The notes under the pieces: generated by a model
Databases searched by the model: none
Told to the model about the DNA's origin: nothing
The model's input: the letters and a program-made list of their open reading frames with translations, nothing else
Origin: Heptranchias perlo
Lineage: Eukaryota
DNA length: 64,000 bases
Assembly: GCF_035084215.1 (NCBI RefSeq)
Contig: NC_090353.1
Span: 16,988,001 to 17,052,000, forward strand
Reading direction: 5' to 3'
Position numbers and translations under genes: made by a program
In this document: positions 9,901-21,900 of the stretch, in pieces
Layout of the letters: each line of letters opens with the position of its first letter
How positions within the stretch are numbered: the stretch's first letter is position 1

Positions 9901-12900
9901 ATTGTCTTTGCAAATTATGCAACAAAAAGGTTAAACCATAGTCAAATCTGATTCTGTATGTTCAGAGATAATCAATACCTGCTGCTGCTTATTTGTTTTT
10001 CCTTCTACATGGAGATGCCAAGGCTAATCACGTCTCTGGCCATCCTGGTTGCAATTCTGGGATCTTTTATATTTGCTTTTGTAATTTCAGTGGCAGGGGA
10101 GTGAACCAGTTCCCTGCGCCTGCATTGCTAAAGCTGTGTTTCCTTTTGTCTTAATAGCAAAGTTACAAGTTGCATGAAAATGTGCGTCTGTTGTTAGAAT
10201 AAGGCAGATGGTTTTATTAATGTAAATATAGGAGCTACTGGGCAGACATGGCTCCTGTGATCTGATCTGAACTGAAAAAGCACCAAATCTAAATGCTTAA
10301 ATCCTATCTGTAGTGAATGAAAGCATTCACTACAGATGGGAACCTTCCTTGCTTGGCAATGTACTGCACTGTATGGTACAGATCCTATTGAACCAGCCCA
10401 GTAGCTCTTGGCATCTTTTTAATATCCTGATGTATAGCTCCCTGCCGTGCAGAAGTAAAGTTTTGAGTAAAGATGATGCAAGCAGGCAGTGTGTGCTTGA
10501 ATTGCTAGTGCAGTAGTTTCATAACTGCTGGTACATAACTACTGTACTCAAGTGAGGAGGCTTGAGGGACGTTCTGTATGGATGGTTGTAATTGGCTGCT
10601 GTTGGAAGCATAAATGTTCAATTTTGAACTGCTTAAAAACACCTTTGTTATTAGGTGGTATGAACAAGCTGCTTCATCTGGTATTCCAACTAAATCGCCC
10701 TAATCAACATCCTTGAATGGCTTATGTCATTTGGGTGCTGGGTGATTTGAAATTGTCAAGATTTTGATTTCAATTTTTGTTAAGTATGGATTTCAAGGGA
10801 TATAGAGCAAAGATAGGTAACTGGAGTTGAAGTACAGATCAGCTGATTGAATGGCCCACTTCTTTCCTATGAGAGTGGAGTTGCCAACGTCCAGTAGCTG
10901 TACTTTTAATGCACTGACAATTATTGGGTTACTACCATAGTCCCTCTATTGAAGGTCCATAAACGATATAATCACTAAGATAAGTGAAATTTTATTTCGT
11001 AATATCCATTGAATAAAATTTTATAGAATCCAGGCTTGCTCATCACCCTCGCGTCCCACGGTTAAGCTTGGTGCTTTGTGTGGTATCTGCCCTCAAAATG
11101 CCGTAGTGAAAATTACATCGCCATTTTATCTGGTTCAGTTGGCGATGCACGCACGTCTGTTCTCTGTCTGAATAATACGATTCCGATTTGAACAGTATAG
11201 GAATAGCAATCCCATTTATTGAGAGATCTGGTAATATCGTTTACTTGAGCCAGGTTCAATCAAAACTACTTGATTTCTGTTGATTCTTTTGCCACAGATC
11301 TGGGCGACTACCATTTTTATATATATATATATAAAGTAAACCCATCACTTGATTTGACACGCCCCTCCCCCACTCCCAAAGGAGCAGTGCTGGCAGTGAT
11401 CTTAATGTACATGTATTATCGACGCCCTAATCCTCTTTGTGCTCCAGACCTAACGCTGAATAACGAATGATGACGCCCAATGTTTCCGCGCTGGATAGAA
11501 CAATAAATATGGAGAGGAATGAAACGAGAATTTCAGGGAACATATTCGAGTTCACCTACTGAACAGTCTGCAAATTGACTGAGATTGATCGAGTTAGCGA
11601 GCTAAATTCACAAGGACGTTGATGGGGCTTGAGCATAAGTGTAGATCTTTGCTAGTTTTATGTACGGATACTGCGATGTCCTTAAAAATTTCCGCTGCAC
11701 TTATCGGACCCAGTTTAATATTTTTGAAACGTTGGTTACCGTGTATACAAGACTCAGATGGGTAGGGTAGACAGAAAATTAAAAGAATAAATTTGCAGTA
11801 TCTTCCTGCTTAAAACATTCATTTTACAATTCGAAAATAGCCTCAAATGTGGATTAAAATCCATTCCCTTTTGAACGATGAGATTACTATAACTTTAATG
11901 TCTTCAGTCTGCTTCAATGCAACGACTTGACTGGTTTGTGTTCGTGGTTATGTTGTTGGGCAGATCACGCTATTACAGGAAACGCAGTGAAACTGAGCTC
12001 ATTCTTGCGTTTCCGGCTTTTTTTTTGGATCATATTCGGGAGGGAAAGGGGTGTCTTCGTTACAGAACTTTAGCTTTTTAAATCGTTACTCTGCATGCGT
12101 ATTTGCCGTGACTAGCTTTTTAAAAAAATGTCGGATCATAGCTGAGCCTAGTGCTTTTCTAGCTACTTAATTTGAATTGGAATCCGAAGCACGTTTACTT
12201 CGTTCAACAACCATGTACAAAAATTTGGAATTTTTTTTACGGGCTTTAGGGACTAGCCAATGAGGAGCTGCATTGGGTTTCCTGCCGTTATTTGCCTTTC
12301 TGGTAAGGGGGGTGGGTCCTGTTCTTAACGCATTGCTGGGACTGGACGGTTTGAATGCGAAGGGCGGCTGCAGGCTGATTCAAATCCTATCTTGTTTAGA
12401 TTGGTGTCCAATTTCCTTAAGTTCCAACAACATAAATATGGTCACGATTCAGTTGCAAAATTAGTGCAGTAGAGTGGGTCTGCCCTAACGATGCTTTGGG
12501 TTTTCTGAAATCCAAGCAGACTGTTGCTTTCAAAGGGGAAAATGGAATAAAAACGGACAATACTGGAAAAACACAGCAGATCACTTCGCATCTGTTAAAA
12601 ATGCAAGTCGCGATGTAGTTGTTGATAGTGGTTCTGCAGGCAAAGCAGAGGTAATTCTTTGGATGTCAGCTCAGATCTTGCACAATGCCTAGCACTAACT
12701 ATCCCTGTATCTCCAAAATCACAACCCCTAAGTTTATACAATAGTTGTCCTACAACTACTTCATGGCTCTATTACTGACCCATGGCATAGCTTTCAGTCA
12801 ACAGTACAACTACACCACTCATGCTGGCCATTAATAGTATACAAACGATTGGGGGTACATGGGCACTGTTGGGAAAACTTGTCGTTGGCAAAAGGTGAGT

Positions 12901-15900
12901 AATGTGAACTTTGGGCAGGAAGTTGGTAATTGAAACGTCTTTTCAAAGTTAACATCAGAAATAAAACCGAAAATGTTGGAAACACTCAGCAGGTCGGGCA
13001 GCATCTGTAAAGGAAGGAAAAAGGTTAGGTAAATATTTCAGGTTTATCATAACTATGCAGTTTGTCACTACTGGTGAGCTTCCTACTGCATGTAAAGGTA
13101 GGACCACCCTAACTGTTGTGGCATTGCCAGGTTCTTGTGAAGCTGACTTTCCCCTTTAGACTATTCAGTGCTAGATTGATGTAGACCAGAGCCTACCTTC
13201 TCTGCAGCCACTTCCCTTCACAGCTTGGAAGTCCTAGGCATACAATAGAAGGACTTCCTCCAGCCTATCTTGCAATCAGGTGCTGGATTTCACACACTGG
13301 CTGGAGGAGGCCTCTTCATTGCATGCCGAGGAGTTAATCATGAAGGAGAACTGTTTGGATACGTATTTTGTCTGTTACAAGTTTAACCTATGTTGGGACG
13401 CTGTTAGCAAAGAAAAATGAGAGCAAAGTGCCCATGACCCCGAATTACTACTTTGAGAGAGTGACTTTTGGTACGCAAAGGAGGGAATTAAAAAGGTGGA
13501 TGGGTGTTCTATTCTTTAATGTTCAAGTCTTGCACATAACCAACACTAATTTCCCCCCTTTCCTCATTCCCGTAAAACCGATCAAAGAAACCACACACAA
13601 TGCTGTGGTCCTGTTTTGTTTCCTGTTGGTTTGTTCTTTTGTTTAAAATGGATTCCTGGAAATTTGTCTCTGTTTTGGATGGGGGGGGGTGTTGGTAGGA
13701 GGTTAAAAGTATAATCTTCCTTTGTTAAATCTTTGCTTCATGTGATTTTTGTGAATTTTTATTGTACAAACAGATGTTATAAAGTGTGAAACCACTGTTA
13801 AACCAGACAAGCACTTGTCAGACATTGCTGTTACGAATCATTTGTAACCAAGGACTTGTTCAGTTTTAATAGAATCATAGAAAGGTTACAGCACAGAAGC
13901 GCGACTCTATGCAAGAGCAATCCAGGCTTCGTCGAAGGTGGTGGTTGCCTAAAAGGAGTTGAGGAGTGATCTGAGGACACTCCTGCAGTCTGTTTTCTGA
14001 GCTTGGGCAATGGGGAGAAAAATAACAATTCAACTTTCACAATGCAGTTACGGTACAATGGTGGATTCTGATGTTGAAATCCAAATTCTAGGATCCCAAA
14101 TCATTTATGTGACAAAATAGATTTTTTGTGTGTGCGCGTTAAATGAGTACGGCTGCTGTTCATAGCAGATAGAACATCATAAATCACTTAAATCTGTGCA
14201 CCCACTGAATTAACAAAGCTTTAAAGTGTTCATCCCAGATTGGCTGCCAGAAACCCTACATCCTTCAAGATTTGCTAAGCGATGTAAAGTTGGTTTTGTT
14301 TCAGACTCCGATCTAAGTGGGGAATTCAGTGGCTAAGCTTAAATTATTAATTGTGAATTTGGGATCCTAGCTTGGCTCAGTGATAGCACTTTCACCTCCT
14401 TGAATAAGAAGGTTGTGTATTCAAGCCCCACTACAGGGTTTAAGCACATAATCTAAGCTGATCACTGAAGTACAATGGGGGTTCTGCATTGTCTGATGTG
14501 CCATCAGATGAACGGATACCGCGCAACAATCGCCAGACAGGGGGGTTCCCTCCCAGTCGGGGAACACTTCAGCAGTCAAGGACATTCAGCCACCGGTCTT
14601 CGAGTAAGCCTTCTCCAAGGCGGCCTTCGAGACACACGACAACGCAAAATCGTCGAGCAGAAATTGATAGCCAAGTTCCGCACCCATGAGGACGGCCTCA
14701 ACCAGGATCTTGGGTTCATGTCACGCTACATGTAACCCCACCAGCGAAAAAAGAGTTATCTGTTTTTAATACAACTGGTCATTCTCTCTCTTTCTCTTCC
14801 TTTCGGATGTCTCTGTGTCTCTGTCTCTGTCTTCGGACCGTTTGTATATTCAGTAGTCCTGTATGTACTGTCTCTCTGTCTGATTGCCTTGACAACGGGC
14901 AGTTGGAAAGATTATCTGTAATCACCAGGCATTGTTCTCTGACTATATATGCGGTAACCTTCAAGGAATCACACACTCACCTGACGAAGGAGAAAGCCTC
15001 CGAAAGCTTGTGATTTTCAAATAAAACTGTTGGACTATGGTGTTGTAAGATTCCTTACATTTGTCCACCCCAGTCCATCACCGGCATATCCACATCATCT
15101 TTCAGATCAGCTCGGATGTTGAACTTTTGCTAATTTGAGTGGATGTTAAAGATTCCCTGCCACTATTTGAAGAGCTGAGTCCTGGCCAACAGTTTTCTTT
15201 CACAACTTCATTGTTTTTGTGGGACCTCTACTTAACAAAAATGGTGACTACACTTTTAAAAGTATTGTGGTTGAGCAGTGCTTTGGGACATGAAACGCTG
15301 CTATATAAATGCAAATAGAATGGGTATGCTGGTGTTTCTGGTGTGATGGGGGAATGGAGTGGGTTGGTGCTTAGGGTATAGATGTCTCCCCATCCCCGGT
15401 TGGAAGACTGTTGCCGATGTGTCAACGTGCACATTTTTTCTTCCAGGCTTCTGGGTCGCTAATCCTTTGCATGTTTTTATGCTCCCCAGTCTACTTGTCT
15501 GTTCCCTTTTAGCTCATCACACTTTTTGTCTCGTATAGATCTTTATTTCTTTGATTCCTCTTATACGCAGGAGACAAAAAGGAGGCATAATATCATTTAG
15601 CCATTTTCTAACCATAGCAATTTACCAAGTCATTCTATTTCTTGTGTGTGGTTTTGTTTTTCTCCTCGTCCCCATTTCCTTTGCTGTTTTGTAGTATCTT
15701 TTGAGTTCTGAGAAAGGGTCTGTACCTGAAACTTCACCTGATCTGTGTTCTCTGGACAGAAGCCGCCGGACCTGAGTGTGTCTAGAGCTTTTTTTTGACT
15801 TTCAGCATCTCCAGTATTTTTTGTGTTCATAAATGCAATTTTTTTTTTGCTCTCTTTCGTTCATGGTGCCAATGCATGGTTGTAGCTGTACTTGAGATTG

Positions 15901-18900
15901 AATGTGGAGTGGCTTTTACCTGGTAACAACTGAGTACTGCTCTGTAATCTATTTTATCTAACAGCAGACGTTATTAAAACTATGTGGTAGAAGGCCAAAA
16001 AAAACTCCTTTCCCTTCCTCCCAATATTGCTAATTCCTTTTTAAATCTAATATTTTGTTGAAAGTAGGTTCACTGTGGCAATTTTTTTTTTCCATGGATA
16101 ACCAGAGGACTGATCAGAAAGCAATTCTAGTCTTGGCTTGCGGTATATGCACTTTGTGGCTGTTACTGATATCTAGTGGTCCCTATAATATACACACCTA
16201 AGATCCTTTTCTGCAAGTTATAGAAACATTGCAATCTGGATATTAAAAGCCAGGCTTCAGTACCTTGCTTGTAATAAAAGCTGTCTTTGTTTTCCAAACT
16301 CTTATACGTTTTTACAAAACTGCATTTTACTGTAGCTTCTAATACTTCAGGCATGACACTTTTAATCTAATTTCTGGACAAGGGTATGTAATCAAGGAAG
16401 TGGTAATTACTTTTGTGAATGAGCTAGTATTGCAAGATCCTACTTCAGGAAATGTTGCTCGTATGATCGCTTATGGAAGAAACCAGTATAACATCAGGTT
16501 CATCCTATTTTTTAAAGTTTCAAAATTCATACTTTCCCTTCACACTTGCCATATCTGCACCAATTTGTGAATTTCTAAGGTGAATGATTTTTTTAAATTA
16601 CACTGTATTCTTGTCCTTTCTATAGAGAGGATAAAATATTCCTTTAAATATGAGTAGAAGTGACTGGCGTTCTTAAATTAATGGTTAATTAAAGACTGCA
16701 TGTAGTAGTTGCTGGTTGGGAATTTGTTGCAAGCCCCATTGAAGGTGAGTAAGAGGGGGCTATTATGTCTGAGAAGAAATGAATGTTCTGGCAATCTTTG
16801 GTCATGTAGTTGCTTTGCAACTTGCTAAAGTGTAGTTATTATAATTTCCTCTGAATTTGCTTAAATCATGTTTACATAAATATGGATTTGACTGTATTTG
16901 AATCTTTCTTTAAAGCTTGGATGTGAGGCTGTTTATTGCTCGTCATCAAAGCCATTGTCATCCAGATTGAGGCAATGAAACACTTGATTACTATTTAGAT
17001 TATTAAAACTTGCTTGTTTTGCTTTTGCAGTTACAAGAAGAAAGATAACGACTTGATATCAGCTCAGGCTCGGTTGAAAGATTTTGAACTGACCTATCAT
17101 AAAAATGAAGCTGCACTTAACACTGCTCTCAGTGAAAACCGCCTTATGGAAGCAGAGATGGCTGACCTGCGTTCACAGCTTGCTAAGGTAAAGCACTTGA
17201 GTCACCTGGGCTTATCTGGAGAGGAGAAACTGGCTGAAGAGGGATACTCTTCTGTTCGGAAGTGCTAAGTATATCATGGAGTGGGAGATAGAATCTGAAT
17301 TCTGCGGACTTTTCTGTTGCACCTTTCAGCTGTTGATCAGCTGTTCTATTTTTTTGGATGTTTAACTTTAACATTCTTTGTAAATAGTATGATGCTACTA
17401 AGAAAAGATGGGAGTGATTGTCAGCTATTTAAAGTGCGGCATGAGATTATCTCTTCATTTGCTAACCCATCTGATTAATGCTTGGTATTTATCCTGTTAG
17501 ATGTTTGGTAGAGGATTTTATGGACTGTTAGTGTTGTAAGGAGTCTAAGGATTGTTTCTCTAATTTTCTCTTTACCTGGTCCTCCTGAAAGTAATGACAC
17601 ATATGGAGTACCTCACCCAGGTGACCATTCTTCATGTGCAAGCCTATAATGTCAGTGAACTATTTAATTGTGGAGGAAAAAAATACATCTGAACCCAATC
17701 CAATTCTCATCTTGCGTCGACTTTCCAGTAAGGTTCCCTAGATAGTGTTTGAGAGGGTGCTCTGGCAGTAGAATTTAAAATTTTGTAGGCTTCTTGTTCC
17801 TAACCCAGGAACACTGAGGTCAGTTGTAGAACACTCCTTCTGCCCTATCTGAAATGGCTAACTCTACACAAAAGGATCACACTAGGGACGACTTATGTGT
17901 AGTACTTGAGAGAGCTGTGGATTTTTGAGTCTTTAACAACTGAACAAAAGTTAATTTTTGTAACTAATTTTAGGCTGAAAGTTCCCTGGCTGCCGCCAAA
18001 AAGCAGTTAGAAGAGGAGACGCTGATGCGAGTTGACCTGGAGAATCAGTGTCAAAGCTTAAAAGAGGAACTGGCGTTCAGGAAAAGTGTATTTGAAGAGG
18101 TATGATTGTTTGGAACTAACTCTTTAGATGTTGACTATTTCTTGGAATTTTCAAAGATATCCTTTTGAAATAATACATTCTGTAAATACAATTTAAGATT
18201 GGCATAGAATATTAACACTGTAGACTAATTATCCCTTTCTGGAGTAGGGGGCTATTCTCTCTACATCAGGAGGAATTTCCCCATCCTATCTCTAGATGAG
18301 AATTCTACCCATGAATTCTCCAGGACACTGGAAATTTTAATACCTCTTGTTGCAAATTTGGAAGCTTAAATCCTTCCTCACTTGTTTAATCTCCATACTA
18401 AGATTTGCTATGCCCTCAACATGCAGTTGCTTTGGTCATTGAATGCCTATCCTAGCTTGGTATGGTATGTAGAAGAAAGTTGAAAAATAATTAAAATACT
18501 GAAATGTTACAACTGGTCAATGAAGCTCACACTGTAACAGTATGCATATTGTATAATGTCCTTTAAAACAAAAATCCCAATTGAATTCTTGTATTCTGTA
18601 ATAGCCCTTCATTTCAAGGTACTGTACAAATTAATACAAACCCAAATATGATAGTGGCATCCTTTTTAATGTAGGAAGTGCGTGAGACTAAGAAGAAACA
18701 AGAACGACGCATAGTCGAGGTGGACACTGGGCGAAGGGTTGACTACGAATCCAAACTGGCGCAGGCCCTGCAGGACCTGCGAAAGCAACATGAGGAGCAA
18801 GTGAAACAGTACAAGGATGACTTGGAGCTAACATTCCAAGCCAAGGTAACTGAACTTATTCACCCAAACACACTTGTGAATGTTAGTCATTTCTAACTTG

Positions 18901-21900
18901 GTTCTTCGATTTATTGTACATACTTTTAACTTCTTTTTGTAGTTGGAAAATGCTAAGATAGCATCCGATAGAAATGACAAAGCTATTGGCACAGCACGAG
19001 AGGAGCTGCAGGAGGCATACCTTAGGATTGAGAGTCTCAACTACCAACTTGGAACCCTACAGAAGCAGGTAAATATTTAGCCACTTGTTAGTATATATTT
19101 TTGAGGGGGTAAAAGAGAATAGAATGATGTTTGTTCTTGAATTGTGGGCAACGCTGGCACAGCCGCATTTATTGCCCTAAGCAGTTGGTGGCCTCTTCGG
19201 AGCATTGAGTCAACCAGGTAGTGTAGGATTAGAGTCCTGTGTAAGCCAGCCTGGGTAGGGTGACCGGTTCTCTTTCTTGAAGGATATTAGTGAACCAATT
19301 GTTTTTTTTAATGTTGGCTTTTGTGGGCCGCCATCAGAAAAATTACCCAATTTATTGGATTTGTGGTGGGATTTGAGCCTATGGGTTGCTAGTCCAGTAT
19401 CATAACCACTACCATACCTGTATATGATTTGGGGGGGGAAAAAATCATCTGGGTTTTTTTAATAGCAAATGGGCATTATATTGATCAACCTTTAATAGAT
19501 AATGTACAGGCTAGGATATAGTGATAGCAGGAGGGGAATCCGACTGTGTTTGCATTTAGTTGTTGATATTGACAGCCAGACACTTGCACAAGGACGAAGG
19601 GTTTTGATGGAAAGAGGAGCTTAATGGGCCTAAACTCCTGTTTGCCTCATCAAGCCCCATGCTTGCAACAAAGTCCAATTTTAAGTGTCACAAATTCTAC
19701 CCATTTTATTTAATCTCCCTCTACTAGTGAATAATTGCAGGTAGAACGGAGACAATAAAACCTGAAATTCTGCAACATCTAGCTTTGGCAAATACAAAGC
19801 ATTGAACTGAAGCCGTGGCAGTTTCAGCATTGTGGCAAATGTGATTTTGAATGTGTATAAAATATTTTAGCATGATCAATAAAATCTGATATTGCAAGAA
19901 TTTAACATGAAAACTTTAAGCCTGGTTTAAAGTATGTAACCGATTGTGTCTTTATCTCCATAGTGCACTGTGTTGCCCTATGGCCAATTTTCACACACTA
20001 ATTCACTTTCAAACCAAAATCAAATCCTGTTGAAATTGTTTCTATGAAGGCCAGTGACTAGTGCAGATGTAGTAGTTATTCTGTGCCAGCAACATCCCAT
20101 AAACAGCTGCTGTTTTTAGGAGGCATTGGCTGATGTGTGAGTGTTGGATATTGAGAGAAGACTTTTTACATGTTTTTTTTTAAAAAAAGGTGATGTAAAT
20201 TATTCTGGTGTCATCGTTTTGTTAACTTCTTAACCTTCCTTATAGGCTGCTGCTTCTGAGGCTCGAGTTAGGGAGTTGGAAGAGATGCTCGCAAATGATC
20301 GTGATAAATATCGTAAGATGCTGGAGGCAAGAGACCGGGAAATGGCCGAGCTGAGGGATCGCATGGAGATGCAGTTGCAGGAATATGAAGACCTCCTTGA
20401 TGTCAAACTGGCCCTTGACATGGAAATTCAAGCCTACCGCAAACTCCTGGAAAGCGAGGAAGATAGGTACCTGTAGCTGAAAATCTTTTCGTAATGCATC
20501 TTAAAGTGCTATTGTCTAAAGGTTGCATATTATTGATCTGATTGGATTCTGGATGTCCAGAATGTTTTCTCTTCTTGCAGAGACCTTTTTAAAGTTGTAC
20601 CATATTTACTCTTGGGTGTAGATTTTTTTTGTTTAAAAAGTAAAGTAAGTCATACAATTTGTCTGTCAATAACTAGACAGTTAGGACTGATGACCTGAAA
20701 TGGAGTCAACCAGAGTATATGAACAAATGGTGTGAATATTTTACATGACAATAGTCTTAATTTATTTGCAGTAAAATACTGCAAACTGAATTTCATGTGC
20801 CTTGATGGGCTATTCAACTGTAACCGTATCAGCTGAGTTTGGCCTGGTCCTTATCCCAAACCTAGACAAGCAGTAGTGATTGGCTTTTGAGCAGCAGGGA
20901 GTACCTTGGAAGCATTACTTTTTGTTAAACAGCAACTACTTGCAAGATGTGACTTGGTGATGGGCTATACCACCAGTCTAGAGTTTTGGACATGCAGTGG
21001 GATGTATAGCTAGGGCTTGGTAAGGAACAAGGTGTCACCGCCCATGGCCAAATTTTTCAAAGCCAGGGTGTCAATACAGCCATCCATAATAAGATCAAGG
21101 CTTTGTGAGTGGAATGCACATTCTGGAGGGAACTGTTGAGAGGGGTATTGATCGTTGATCTGCCAAAAATCCTAGACCCAGCAATGAGTGGGTGAGGAGG
21201 TTGGTCCCCAGTGGGCAACCCCAGAAGATCGGCGAGAGAGAGAGAGGTGGAAATGAGTTAGGGTTGCTACTTGTAATGAGTGTTGAATGCCTCAATGACC
21301 TCTTTGAGAAATGCTGAGGCATAGAGGGTGGCAATTGGCTTATTCAAGGGGGATTTGAGCTTCTTTTAAAACTGCATATAATACTGCTCCTCAAAAAAAT
21401 ACACCCTTGATCTCTCTGTCCTTGCACACTACCATCTAATCTCCAACCTCTGTCCTCTTTTAGTCCTTGAAAATGTTGTCCGCTCCAAAATCTGCACCCA
21501 CCTTTCTCCTGTTTGAACCTCTCCAATTAGGTTTCTACCCCTGCCACAATACTGAAACGGCTCTAATCAAAGCCAGAAATGACATCCTGTCTGTGATGCA
21601 TTATCCTTCCCCATCAGTCACACATATGCCATGCGACTGTTAATGTGGTGCACTATCCTTCTACACCCTTCTAGACCTCTGTAGCCATTGACACGGTCGA
21701 CCACACGTCCTTCTCCAATGCCTCGCTTCCAATGTCCACCTCAGTGGGACGGCCCTTGCTTGATTCCAATCTTACCTATCCTACCAGCCAGCGCATCTCC
21801 AGCAATTTGGCTTTACTTTCTTCCCCCTAGTTACCTTTTGGAGTCTCCCAAGAATCTATCTTTGGCCCCCTCCTGTTGACTCTTGGCAACATCATCCAAA

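Larger units (their letters stand above)
14368..15315 (+). mobile_element. tRNA-headed DeuSINE (SacSINE1-like), split by a Penelope insertion
   Basis: tggctcagtgatagc...ttcaagccccact head at 14370-14435; SINE body resumes after ~15100 (gtggatgttaaagattccctgccactatttgaag); colinear with the copy at ~35000-35400. Confidence 0.6.

Noticed and set aside
11460-11570. Possible C/D box snoRNA (ATGATGA at ~11467, CTGA at ~11559)
   Set aside because: No terminal stem, no clear D'/C' boxes, and no rRNA guide I could recognise.
12260-12308. ATG-containing mini exon ending TG|GTAAGG as an alternative LMNB2 start
   Set aside because: 43 nt (phase 1) does not fit phase-2 exon 2; at most a non-coding first exon.
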